64,000 bases of DNA from Trichoplax adhaerens (lineage: Eukaryota > Animalia > Placozoa). The first letter of the stretch is position 1. Every line of letters begins with the position of its first letter. This document shows positions 1 to 13,602 of the stretch, one piece after another. A program made the translations under genes and the position numbers. The stretch is from contig NW_002060946.1 of the NCBI RefSeq assembly GCF_000150275.1, positions 4,359,454 through 4,423,453 of the forward strand, given 5' to 3'. The notes under the pieces are model-generated. The model worked only from the letters and a program-made list of their open reading frames with translations, was not told where the DNA came from and made no database searches.

Positions 1-486
1 AATTACAACTGAAAAGAAGTTTAAATCATGTTATTCGGACGAAATACATTTCTATTGTACATTAACTTTAAACATAGATGTCGTATGAGATCGTACCAAC
101 AAGTTATCTCTATAGGGTAAAGCAGAGAATACATTACAGACTACATTAAAATATAGTACAGTTATAACGAATTGCAGTATTTACAATACGTAACATATTA
201 CGCTATTTGCGGCGTTTTAGATCGAAAAAAGATTAGAATTCTACCAGTCCTGCCCAAGAAATAGAGCACTGGCACTGATAACTGAAAAGGCATAAGTTAC
301 ATACGCGCATACGTCTATACTTGTACGACTGTTGCAGATCCAAATGCGATAGGCAAATCAGCCTATTTTTATTAGTTACTAACTGCAAGTGGTATCTTGA
401 ATGAATAGTTTGTATATGATTCATTGTCGTCAAATAACGAAATTAGTATAGTAAATTGATATTTTGGGGATATACAATGGCCATGT

Positions 487-1973
487 TTACTGACTGTCTC
501 GATATTCCAGGTACGCTTCCATTTCTTTAGGAAAAACCTTAGCTAAACCTTCGCAAAGGGTAGTTTTAAAATTCTAGACGTATCAATGGAATAGTTATGA
601 TAAGAACAGGGATTTATAATAAAGGCACAAATACAATACCATGACAATGTTCAAATCTATTTTAAGAATATCAAAACTAATTACTGTACCTTGTAAGCAT
701 CAACTTTACCCTTCATCTCTTGATTCATCATGACAACCTTATCTAAACAGGCTTTGGTATACAGCTCGGGATTTCTTCCTTCATCTATGTAGCTGTTAGG
801 TTAAGAGATGAGAATTTAACCATTGATTAGTTTATTAAAACATACTCATTTGTTAAACAAGTAAAATTGAACCGTGATTGTACTCTTGCTTACAATTAAT
901 GCAAAAACTTGTTAACTCACACAAGTCGCAACTAGCGTATATCTTAGATTATACTGTATCGTACAAGTGACCGATATTAATCACTAATCTGAAATGTACT
1001 TTGGGGTAGAATAACTTGCGGTTAATGCTGAACAATTCTTTCATCAAGAAGATGGCCTATCAATGTCTTACCTGAACACCTCTAAAGGAACTTCAATATC
1101 ATCAAACTTTTCTTTCATATCGTTAATTTCGCGTAAATTGGTAATTAATCCACGACTAAAGATGCAATGACAAAGCAATTACATACGATCTGTAACAATT
1201 TCCACGATCATTCAATACTGTTCATAATAAGATAAAATAGAAAATTTGCTGCTTCAGAGACGCTGAAGTAGAAAGCTATTTTAAAACTTGTTATAGCGTT
1301 CCTTTTGCTATCCTATTCAGCCGTATGTTGATCGTTGTATAATAAAAGTAAATTATTGTCATAGTTTTACGTAGGTCTAGACGTATGTTAAAGTTAACCA
1401 ATAGAATGTTAAATTGTCCAATGTCGTACAGCAAAGATCGTTTAACTTTGAATACTGAATTACTGTTTCAATTTGGGTTATAGCCACAGTCGAGTGCGTA
1501 AACCATATCGGGTATGATCGACTTCATTAAATAATGCATCGCGATCAATCCTCTAGTCTACTGTAGCCTTAAGATCAGCTGCGTACGATCACCATTACAT
1601 CATGTTTGATTACTATTACGTTAAAGAAGACCTTAAAATGAAACTTCAATGTCAACTCTACATACAGTATTATACAATATACAGCAGCAGCTATTCTTAA
1701 AAACGAAATGTTGACACACTATTGACATCTTTTTGCTCCACATTACACTGAGTACAGTACAGTACCGTAGTATTGAGCTCAAGATTTGTTTCAAAGAATT
1801 AGCTAATTTTAAATCACGGAAAAGTAACATTACAGTTTATCATTTAGAACTTTTTGACTTGTAGCTTGAAAATCACTAGCGATAATTCCGACTTGACGCG
1901 AAGTTTCGCATAATTGTTCAATTTGTTGTTGCAAGGTTTTTAGTGAATCAATATCAGAATCGTTTTCAGCCAT
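487..1973 (-). CDS. MED10: Mediator of RNA polymerase II transcription subunit 10 (4 exons)
   Basis: Spliced translation MAENDSDIDSLKTLQQQIEQLCETSRQVGIIASDFQATSQKVLNDKL...DDIEVPLEVF..YIDEGRNPELYTKACLDKV...NFKTTLCEGLAKVFPKEMEAYLEYRDSQ* matches the MED10 motifs (RQLGIIVSDFQ, VPLEVFEYIDQGRNPQLYTKECL). ATG at 1971-1973, TAA at 487-489, GT-AG introns. Confidence 0.95.
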
Positions 1974-2024
1974 GTTTTCGGTTATTAATTTGCGCATGCG
2001 TTGAAGGACGTTTTTTAGACTTGA

Positions 2025-3072
2025 CTATACTGTATACAGTACTGTACTGTACTCATGGTTACTGTACTGTATAAAAAAATACAGTGTCTGTGCCTAAGTG
2101 AGCATGAGACTACTTTGGACAGACAGACACTTGGCCTACTCTGGTCAATAAATTGTGTCCAATACTGTGTACAGTACAGTACAGTACAGTACTGTACTTC
2201 ATTATGACAGTACTTGAATACTGTATGCAGACAGTCGATTCTAAGAAAATGGACTGATTTTTTCTAAATGAAGTAATACTAGTGCAAACTCCCGTCGCTT
2301 TGCAGACGGTTTACGATAATGTGCTCATTTAACAGATAGTATTACCATTTGTAATTGCATTCTATTACCTGTTGCTAAGCTCGGTTTAGAAGCAGTCAAT
2401 TTAGATCATGAATGTTATTCAAATTAATACGAGCGATTTAGAATGCAGATACGGAAGCTTTATATGGAGTAAGTATTTTTTGCCCATTTTTGATGTTATT
2501 TGGTATAGAAAGTCCGTCCATCCGATTAGATTTTCAGGTCCAGGTACAGTAGTCGATGTCTGTACGTACTGTACTGTACTTCTTGGCTGTACACTACAGT
2601 GTACAGTGTACAGTGACACTGTACAGTATAGTACTGTACTACTGTACTGTACAGTTCAATAACGTCTACTGTACACTTTATTTGTGGCTCCTCCATACTA
2701 CTGTAGTGTTTACTGCTCCATACCATGATCGTCTGCCATAGTCTATGGGCTTCTCTTTTAACTTTTCAATTGATCCGCGCACCACAGTGATGTGGGCAAA
2801 TTGATCGGAAAAAGCTACACGCAATGGATGTATGAAATTGGACAATTTTAACTAGGACCTCTCTTAATCATAATTAATTATTATACAGTAGAGTGTAGGT
2901 TGATCTTTTTATCGAAGTCGCCGCCTGTACATACAGTACTGTATATACAATTATTAATGAAGTGGTCACCCTGCGGTGTTGTATAGTGTAAAGTATGAGT
3001 TTTGCTCATGGTACAGTCCAGTGTACAGTGTACAGTGTACAGTGTACACATGTACTGTACTCTGTGTGTACA
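2025..3072. repeat. Clusters of palindromic (CAGTA/TACTG)n and CAGTGTA simple repeats in the MED10/PPP1R16 divergent intergenic region
   Basis: Tracts at about 2025-2070, 2160-2225, 2560-2710 and 3010-3072, e.g. ACAGTACAGTACAGTACAGTACTGTAC. Confidence 0.85.
2279..2530 (-). mobile_element. Putative short non-autonomous Helitron
   Basis: On the minus strand, the hairpin CCGTC-TGCAAAGC-GACGG (2309-2292) is followed 9 nt later by CTAG|T (2282-2278), the typical Helitron 3' end. A candidate 5' A|TC end lies at 2530 but is uncertain. Confidence 0.45.
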
Positions 3073-4683
3073 CTCTAGTTACATTATCCTGGCGATGAAC
3101 CGCTATCGATTGACAATGTAGTCAAATCTCAATCCACGTAGATAGTGAATGCGACAATCAACGGGAAAACTCGTAAAGTGTTGTGAAAATGTACTGTGTT
3201 AACACAACGGTAGAACCCACGTTACGACACCATCCCATGCATCCATGCGCAACTTCAGTTATCCTCCTATCGACAAGCTTACAAGGTCCATTTTTGATTA
3301 CGCCATTGAAATTTCTTTGGGGGTCTTTGATTTTTTTTTTCCTTTTCATTTTACTGAGATCGACATTAGTTTATTCCCTTAGTTGGCATTATTTTTTTTT
3401 ATTTCTAAGCTTATGAACCGTATCGAAATAGTTCAATTAGTCAGTGACGCATGTTAAATGGGACCACTTTACCAATGTTTTCATTAGTGTAATTGGTATG
3501 AGAAAAAGTCAAGGTTACTTTTCAAAGACTAGACTAGTTGACTTGTAGGCAAGAGGAGTAGAAAGAATTGAACAATTGCTATTTTAAATTACTCTTATTC
3601 AGTCTAGTAGAATTCCAGCATCAAAGTAAATTTCACATTCTAGTACTTGTACTGACTTGACCTCCTACTACTACTACACCCTGTCGATGGTTTCTAATAC
3701 TGTACACACTACATCGGATACCAGTAATCGTGTCGACAAGTACAGTACTGTACGTATTTCTGGTCAGCCCATTTTTTGGCGTTTTCTTGCAGCCAATTTG
3801 GATCTTCCCCATTGGAGAAGGATAGACTTGTAATTGAAGGCTAATTTTACTCCATTTGTATACAGTACAGTGTAATTAGACAGTCATAGCTGTTATAAGA
3901 GATTTATCAATGTAGTATATTTCAGCCATTACTTCTTCATCCTTCGATATTACTTGATATCCACGCCAATTTTGCAGTTTCAACTGCAGTAATCCATTTC
4001 TCAAGGTCATCCTTTTGCCAGGAGATGCGCTATTTCAGCTCTTGATAACAACGATATTGCAGTAGCTATCACATATTTCACTTTTTTTGACCTCTATGCA
4101 AAGAAGATTTCGAGAATTCTGACTATAATAGCCATACGATCTTCTATCATCCTGGTATATGCATAGATTATACTGGTCAACACTGAATATCTCTCTTGGC
4201 TCTTTTTTGACTAAAATTTCCAACTTTTACTGAAAAGGACCGTATTCTGGCGTCAATCAAGTGGTATTTTGAATTGAGATTCGAGTTAAGGTTAGTTAGA
4301 GTGGTATGATTACCATTTTTATTGCCTTAAACTAGCATAATTTAGTCCAATTATTCTAGGATACTGCCTATTGATCAGTACCATTTCTGCGATTGTTATA
4401 TTTTCCATACCTGTTTATACAGTACGGTTATGCTGGCCAAAATAGTAAACAGTACTAATCAGTGGCCAGCTATATTTTCTACCAATGTATTATTATGACA
4501 CAATTTGGCTTCTAGTAATTGCATAGTAATGCACAAGTTCGTTTTTTCCTACTATCTCTCTCTATTTTTAATTGATTTTTTGTCCTGTTGTTGGCTTTGT
4601 TTTCCTTTTAACTAGTTAGTTATCCAATATTGAATTTTAAAGTCAAAGGAAAATAAGAGAAAATTTAAAAAAAAGATAGAATT

Positions 4684-7600
4684 ATGGCTAGTCACGATAA
4701 ATTAATTAAAGAGATGACGATGGTTGATAAAATGTCCACGGCTGAACGTTATGAATATGCCAAGAGACGTCGTCGAGAGCAACTCGAACGTTATTTTGCC
4801 GCGGTAGGAAATGGTCAGACTACAACTGATCATAATGGACAACGTAGTAATAACAATAATTATAACAGTCGAGGTTTAAAAATCACCTTTAAACCCGACA
4901 TCATCTTACTTGATTCTGCTGCGAGGAATGACATCGATGAAGGTTAGTTAATCTTACACGCTTATACACACCGTATGTAAAAAATTCCCTTCTTGACAAT
5001 TTTAATCTACTACTATGTACTACAGTCCACAAGTATAGAATTCTCTAACCTTAAAAATCGACCAACAACAGATGACAATATCATCACCGAAATGAAGATG
5101 ATCTGAAATCCTACAGTTATCATCTTAATATCTATTCTCCACATATATTATCGATCGAAATTAATTAGCTTTACCTGCCGTCTAACATTTATTATTTTTT
5201 CTTCACTCTGATCATTTTATTTTATTTTACCGCTTCAATAGTAATGTACTATATAGATACACATTACTATTTTTTCTAGCACAACTATACTACTATTTCA
5301 ATATGATGCTCTTAATGCATCTCTTCGTTTATCTTCGAAAAACTACGGCACATGTAATTTGAAACTGTTTGACATACTGTAGTATGATTTCGACCATTCT
5401 TGAAGCTAAATTGTATATAATATATCATTTCTTTATTAACTGGAGCTTTTATTAGTATATATTTGTACAGAGTTATTATTATGACCAATTTGTAGACTAC
5501 AGTAAGTCAATCTTTAATCACAGATGAACCATCATCTAACTGCCATACAATAGTAGGAAATATAGTAAAATTGAATTCTCGTAATTACTAAATTCAATCG
5601 ATGTATTACTTTTCCCTTATTAGACAGAAAGATAGGATAAATACGATAGGTAACACTATTCAATAAACGCTATTATAGCATAAAAAGTGGTTAATTACAA
5701 GTATTCATAGCAGAATTGCAATACAATAATAATAAAAATATCAAGCATACTTCAGAGACACGGATTACTAAAATGAATTTAGTAAAAGTCTCTAATAGAT
5801 GGACACGGTACAAGTACGCAATGCCGATAAGCCTGAATTTTTCGTTTGATTATATATAATTATTTAGTTAGTATAATTTAATTTTTTAGATGGGAATTAT
5901 AGCATTAAGTATGGAATCGCTAACGTAGTATACTCGTAAGTATTCGTATACCTGTAGTACGTAACAAAGTTCGAGAAGAAAGAGGTTAAGTGCTGTCATG
6001 GGTTAACCCCAATAAAAAGTAATTTATAGGTACTCGTACCGTAAATCTCTCTTATGTACATTATTCTACTTTATATAAATTGCTCTATAACAACTACTTT
6101 CGTGTCCTATAGTTCAGCCTTTCTAAAATAGTAATTTTTAATTAAAGAATACATATTAAGAATATTACATACAGTAGGAAGAGTCATAATTAATCTGTCA
6201 CTGTGGACTATGCGTATTCAGCAGTAAAGTATGTTTTATACCGCTATCATATCAACTGAGGACGTTGTCGACTAGTTGATAAATGTAATTAATTAATAAT
6301 AATTATTCTAGTATAAATATGCTGTTATTCGATTCGCTCTCTTGCATTTATCATATCTAACCCATCATGAATATTTGTAAAGTATTCTTTTATCGATATA
6401 ATTAATTAATATTATGCAATGCTCATTCGATTCACTTGAATTTATCATATTCTTCCTATCAATCAATTTGTACTGTATCATTGAAAACTTTTTACGAAAT
6501 ACATATATCTATGTTTTATCGTAACTATAAGTGTTCTATAGTATTACAGGTGCGATTTTAATTCAAATTTGTGATAGTAAAAGTGATAATAATCTTATAT
6601 ATTATTGAAATCGAAATGCAAAAACCTGAAGTTATTACTGTATAGGCTCAATATTATTCTATCGTTATCAGGCGATATAATAATGATGATCTATCCACTT
6701 AATAACATAGATTAGTCTAGATTAATGAAACGCTATGCTTGTATTCCATTTCATATTAATTTTTTATGGCTCTCTGTGTTGCATCCGTAAGACCTTTTTC
6801 CTATAATTATGATTATAGTTAGGCAATTATTAGAAGCCAAGGTTAATCCGAATGTTGCTAATTGCGATGGCTTAACAGCTCTACATCAGGTATGTTACTA
6901 CAGTATCATTTTTAGTTCACGCTATTACGGTGTTAATTTGTTATACATTGATATAATATAACCCCATATGCACTAGGTCCCCAATGATATTGGTATAATT
7001 ATTTTGCTAGCCTAAACTAACGATCCTAAATGTGACTAATGAAAGGAGCAGTTTATTTATTATGCTAAAGTAGTATGATCAGTTTAACCATCCTTTTTAG
7101 TTCTATCGGTATACATTAATCAATACAACAAGTATCGTACTCCTTTCCATTGACTGATAAAAATTGTGGGCTTTTGATTATCTTTTCTTAAATTACTTAG
7201 TTATTAACGATTTCATAAATACATGTGTTGCTGTGGTTATAGGAAACCATTGATTTTGCTGTTTCTGTTTTTGAGTAATTTAATCACTATGTTCATCTTA
7301 CTTTAAAGTAAACCAGTTAAAGTTAAAACCTCTACAAAACTATTCTGATTAGAATTCCTTTTTAAATTACAACCTATAAACAGCTGCGATTTTAAAACTA
7401 GAACACAAAACGTTTTACTCTGTCACTAAATGTAGAGTAATACTACAGTGTTGCTCAATTCAGAGTTAAATAGTGAATTCTAATTGTTTTTACCGAATTG
7501 TTAGATTGATTCTTATACGGTTAAATTTATATTGTTATTGCCCTTTGTCTCAATACCTATTATAAGCTTTGAAATAGCATTATCTCAGTCATGCCATGCA

Positions 7601-10600
7601 GTTTCTTATCGATCGTTTCGACATGGAATCAGTTTATCTTTTGTAGCTATTGACGTTTGTTTAAATTATCTATGACCATAGTGTATCTGCTAATGAACTT
7701 ATCCCTATTTTTTTATGAAAAGCATCAAGATAAATACTCAGACATCTAGAAATGTTAATGTTCTAATCAGATTTGTATATATATATCATCACAACATGAA
7801 TTTTATTTTACTGTTGTATATATTTAATGACTAAATACTTAAGGTGACACGATACTAATGGAATATGACCGTATGCGTATATATTCATATATAAAGTTAT
7901 TTATAAATTAGTTGCAATAGTCAGACTTTTAATAAGACACTAAAACAAACCTGAAGTAGATCTTGTTTTGAGCTGTTATTATACGTATCTCGTGGTTGGT
8001 CATGCTTTGAGTTATGATTATACGTATGTCGTGGTTGGCATTTTATGAGTCAATATACGAGTAAATATAGGCGATACTACTGTACCGGAATACAAATATA
8101 AACTAATTTGATCTAAAGTCTATTTTTAAATTGATTGCTCAATTTCGCAATAACCACTATATTTAACATTGATTAGCTAATCTTATACTAAATAATGTGA
8201 TTTTAACGGATGTGCACATTTGCAGTAAAACAAGAATACTGCTTGAGCTATACATCAAACTATTGAATAAATACGTATATTATATCTTTACATGTTTAAT
8301 AGCAAATATTAATACAGAATATTTGAAAAATTTCTATCTTTACCTTAATGTCGGAGTAATTAAAATGAGCGAGATATATTAGATGAGTTGATATGATTAT
8401 TCGAAATTAAATGTTTACTTGTCAATGTAAGTAATCAATATAGCGATTTATCCGTTGCCTTCGTAGTGTATTTTTATAATGCCATTGCGAAGTTGTAATC
8501 TAAAATTCTAATCTGATGATAAGATCTATGTATCATAACTACTATATTCTGGTATAAAGAAACTCTACCAAGCTGAGTTAATGTACCTTTATCTACAGTA
8601 CTATTATGCCACCTACTGGACTGCATAGTAGTACAGTATACTGTACATACACGCATAGGTATACGAGTTATACAAAAACTATAAAATGACGTTACGTTAA
8701 TGGCTCGTTGTTAAAGACAATTTTGAATTAGATAATATATGTTGCGTCTTTATCATTCATTGAGCTCATACTTTCCCTGCAATCCGTGCTATCTCACAAT
8801 GCGGTTACAAGTTACAAGTAGACTTACATCTTTACACGATACAATATAAAATATCTCATACACGGTACTGGATAGAAAGATTTTACAAGTACTACTTAAC
8901 ATACTCGTACGTGGTATAGAACCAGCTGTAATCACTTAGTATGTTTAATGGTCTCGATATTTATAGTAAATTAATATTTGGTGTGCTTCCGATCATAATC
9001 ACAATGATATCGTAATATACACCCCCTATACGTTACTAATAATTCATGTATATTTTAATATATTTGAGTAAAGGACAGTCATTGTTACTTCCTTTTTTAA
9101 TAATTTACATTCATAAAAGACTGATAGTTACTGTACTTAAGATTAAATAAAGATGATGGTTTTTCCCTGTGCATACTGCTTTTCTTCCTACTGTAGAAAT
9201 CGTTTGTGATAGTAAATTATAAATTAATGATGATGCCAATGATACTGCGAACGTCGGCACATTCTACAAACAAGTGTACAGTAGTATTAATATCTATACC
9301 TGTAATGTTACATTTCATTGAAAGGATCTCTATCTATATACATAATTGATGAGATGTTTATTTTATACGCTCGTACTTACATGGACGTAAAATCTACCTA
9401 GATATCTATTATTATGAGAGAAAATTTTATTAATTAGCAAGAATTGGATTTCGATTATTTCGTATTTAATTTTTTAAAGTTCTAAACTATTCAATAGAAC
9501 TTTAAATATCTGATAATGAAGGTTAAGTGGGATGTTATGAAAAGTATTTATCATATTAAGAATACAGAATTTCTTACTGTTCAAGTGCTTTTTGGCCTTA
9601 CTTAAGGATTCCAATCATGTGAACGTTCAGTGCGTTGTAATATTCACTTATTTCACGAGTGGTATAAAATTTATGACGAACTACAACGTTCATGGGCATA
9701 CCTTAAATATATTTTGTAAAATACTAGCAGATAAGATCTAAAATGTAATGTAATGTAATAATGATTTTAATTTAAAATCTTGGATTCTACTATATTGACT
9801 TGCTGTATACCATCACAGCATTATTTACACACGCTCTCTAGAGTTTATCTTTAGGGTATGATAATTAAATGTAATTTTTATCTCGGTAACATTCAAGTCA
9901 TTTCTTAAATTGATTGAAAGATTATCAACCTGTAATAGGGTTTATTTTAATTTAACCAGTCAATGGCCCTGGCATATGAAGTTCCAGGTTATCGTTCGGA
10001 AATTCAATACACAGTTGATAGTGATATTTTGTACAATAGATTAGAACTATAAGCTGTACTATAGAGGTGACCATTGGTCACTGACCAATTGACGTCCTTA
10101 TAAGAAATTACTCGCAAGAAACTGTATTTTCTTTAGAGACGTTGTCATTATTTTCTTCTAGCTCCTAAACTAATAATAAGCTACGGCTGTCGTTAATAGC
10201 CAGTATAATGGAATGTATGATTCATATTATGCATGGTACTAGTGAAATTTAGTCTAACCGGCTAAATTTCACATTAAACTAAGATAGAGAAATCGCTATA
10301 TGCTAAGACACTAAGAAGATTTTTATTTGCAGATTTTTATGATTGAAAGAGACCATTGTACAACATTTCATATTCTATTTTACAGTATGTGATAATCAGT
10401 TCTACAAAAGCACTACTTTTACTAATCATGAATAAATAATGAGGATCATAACAAAGTAAAGTATTTGTATACTTAAAGCCTAAGATTTGCCTCTATATAG
10501 TCCTATTTTTAATTCTTATAATTGTCTTATAGTCGGTGATACTGCAGGTAATAATACTGTTAAATAAGATATAGTTCCCAATTAAAATAAAATATTTCCC

Positions 10601-12746
10601 TAATCACTTTTTCTATATGCAATGCATTTGGATAAAAGTTCGTTGATGTTATTACACACTTATGCTCACTTATAATGAGGGAATTATCCGTAGTGAACAT
10701 ATTGATAAATTTCACTCAGCTTTAGTTAAATAGTGAATTTAGCGATATTGGCGCTTCTTTATTCAGTTATAATAGTAAATGATAATATCAAAGAGGACTA
10801 TTATTGTTTTATGTATAAATATGAAAATTTACAATAATTATGAATTTATGTAGCCAAATTACATGTATACATTCACGAAATCTTCACAACGATTAAAGTT
10901 TCTTCCAAAATTTTATTTAGGCTGTCATAGATAACTGCTTGGAGATGTGTCAACTATTAATTAACTTTGGTGCTGACGTAAATGCCTTAGACAAAGAATC
11001 CTGGTCGCCACTACATGCTGCTTGTATGTGTGGCCATGTAGATATTGCTAAATTGTTGATCGATAACGACGCAGATGTAGTCGCTTTGAATATTGATGGT
11101 TTGATGCCATGTGATATGGCGGAAGATGAGCCAATGGTATTCTATATCGATGAAGTTATGGAAAGCAAAGGTAAAACTTTGACAGGGAATTCTTGCTGAA
11201 AATGTCTGATTAGGTTAATTCGTTTAATAATGTTGTCTGTTCGCTGCAGTGTTCGTTTCTCTTTGATCGATAACCTTATGCGTCTCGTATCATACAGAAA
11301 TTCGTCTTCATATTGTCAGATATAGTATTAATGATTTTCGAATAGAATTTGTTACTAACAATTATCATCTTCATTTAACTAAGGACTTAACGAAGAAAGT
11401 GTTATGGCCATTCGCAATCGAGCTGCTGATCAGATGTTGGATGATATCAAAGATGCAGTGAGATCTGGGCGAGATTTAGAAGTTACAGATGAACACGGTG
11501 CTACCGCTGTACGTAATTTGATACTTTACCTCTTATATTTACCTACTGAAACTGTCAAAGTAAATCATATTACCGAAACTTTTTACGATATTAAGGCTCT
11601 TGAATTTATTGCTTCAGTTACACATAGCTTGCGCTAATGGCTATTATGATGTAGCTGAATATCTCTTGAAGAATGGGGCTAAAGTTGACAAGAAAGATAA
11701 GGATGGTTGGGAGCCGATTCATGCAGCAGCTTGTTGGGGCCAGGTAGTGTACATGCTGTACAAGTATTCTTATTTTGACTCTTTGATGATCTGATCAGGA
11801 AATTTTTATGCAGGACGGTGTACTAGAATTATTAGTTAAATACGGTGCGAATGTGGACGCTGAAACGAATAATTATGAGAGACCTTTCGGTAAACATTCT
11901 TGATGAAAGTAATTTAGTTAACGATGCTTGTTTACGTCTATTACGTTTGAATAATAGTACCGTGGTATACTTTTAATAGATTTGTCGGAAGATCCAGATA
12001 CTAAAAGATTATTAACATTACTGAAACGAAAAGCCGAACAGCAGTTATTTGCTCGACGATCCAGTTCTACGTCTCGACCCAGAAGCAACTCTCGAAGGTT
12101 TGCTATTAGCGCTAAGTGATAAATTTTATGTTCTTATATAATAAGCTCTTCAATTTTACAGTGAAATCATTATCTAAAAATAATACGTTTGTTAACTGTT
12201 CTGAGCTCGATTACGCTCTTCATTATACAAATTTAGTCAAGCTATTAAAAGGTTATCTATATCGGAGAAATCTAAAGTTTCCTATTCAGAAGCTGTCGCT
12301 GAAGCCAAGCTACGTTCTGAAGCGGTATAGTTATTCTTCTTATTGCTAATTGTATGGACATTTCATTCACAAATTGTATAATAATAGGCGTGTTTTTCAC
12401 ATTAAATTCGATACAGTTAATAAGAACGGATGTCTCTGAAGATACTGAACGAAATCGTCTTAACCAAGAACAACCAGCTAGCAAGCAAAGCGATTCTGCT
12501 ATTGATTTAGGTACAATCAACCCTGCGATTGATAAGCCAAAAGATGATAAAACTAGTACTGAAGGAGCAAGCAAGAAAAATACTCAAGAGGCAAGTGAGA
12601 CAGCAGAATCTAGTAATCATCGGAACATTGCTCCTCAGGAAACCCCAGATCATCGTCCGACTCCGGCGGCACCTGATCCACCTTCTCAAAAATCAAATAT
12701 TGATGATAAAAAAAGTAAAGATAAAGGTTGCTGCATAGTACTTTGA
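4684..12746 (+). CDS. PPP1R16A: Protein phosphatase 1 regulatory subunit 16 (MYPT3/TIMAP-like): ankyrin repeats, RVxF motif, C-terminal CaaX
   Basis: The N-terminus [34 protein letters not shown] resembles PPP1R16A. A KITF PP1-docking motif precedes ankyrin exons (about 6818-6888, 10921-11170, 11385-11508, 11617-11742, 11813-11889). The protein ends KGCCIVL*. It is probably co-orthologous to PPP1R16A and PPP1R16B. Confidence 0.9.
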
Positions 12747-13602
12747 ACGTAATGACGTTGTTTACGGGTAGCAAATGATATTGATAAAGAAATCTCTTAT
12801 AAAGTAATCTCTATTTTAAAAGTGTCTAATGCAATCATTTCTTGCATTATTATTTTTATCGCATTCGTATATCGTTAGAACGCATAAAGATTACTATTAT
12901 TGAGTCCTACGGTATTCCATTCTGGAATATAAAACTGCATTTTTTTGAAACAATCCTAAATTCAGTTACAGTCTCGTCTATATTGGACAAAAATATACTC
13001 TTTAAAGATATGTACGTGATATCATTTTATCTCTCAATATTTTCATCGGTTTGTTTAAGATTACTAATACGATTTTACTGGTAGATAATAGATAACAAGA
13101 TCATTCATTAAAGTAGCATTTTAGTTCTTGGATACATACAACAATAAAAATGGCATAATGGGCTACAGTAAAGAATACTTTTATAATTTTTACGACAGAA
13201 AATCTCTATCATATCATATCCCATATCCTATGCTAGGATAAGATATTATCATTATTTACTGTGAAGTATACATAGTCTCCTATATACTCAACACAACTAC
13301 TGTATTAACTTAAATGATAATGATTTTTAAGGCTGTTAATATTGAGTGTAAATTACTGCAACACTATAATACGAAACATCGATACAGTTTGTAATTGATT
13401 GCAGGAGTTTAATTTAATTTGGCTTGCATCGTTATTTGTTATTATGTGTTGACAAATTTCTAATATATAATACCAATAGTATCAGTGCTATTGGATTGAT
13501 CAATACGAGACTGGTTTGAAATGAAAAGAATTTTGTATATTATATTCAAGTGGCTAATCTGAATTTTTAATAAAAGATTGCTTTCATAACTATTGTTCAA
13601 TG

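Noticed and set aside
110-410. Possible last exons of a plus-strand gene entering from the left (IEKRLEFYQSCPRNRALALITEK...)
   Set aside because: The splice sites are plausible, but I recognise no homology and cannot fix a frame or stop.
2408-2741. Short Tyr/Cys/Thr/Val-rich ORFs here and at 30312-31166, 35092-35286 and 61642-62140
   Set aside because: They are artefacts of translating CAGTA/TACTG repeats.
3285-3466. Degenerate MITE with ~25-bp terminal inverted repeats
   Set aside because: The ends match at only about 16/25 and there is no target-site duplication.
12272-12738. Antisense or alternate-frame ORFs overlapping real exons (also 22236-22535, 24809-25066, 34330-34623, 53013-53285, 58922-59186)
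   Set aside because: They are shadows of the identified coding exons with no independent coding signal.
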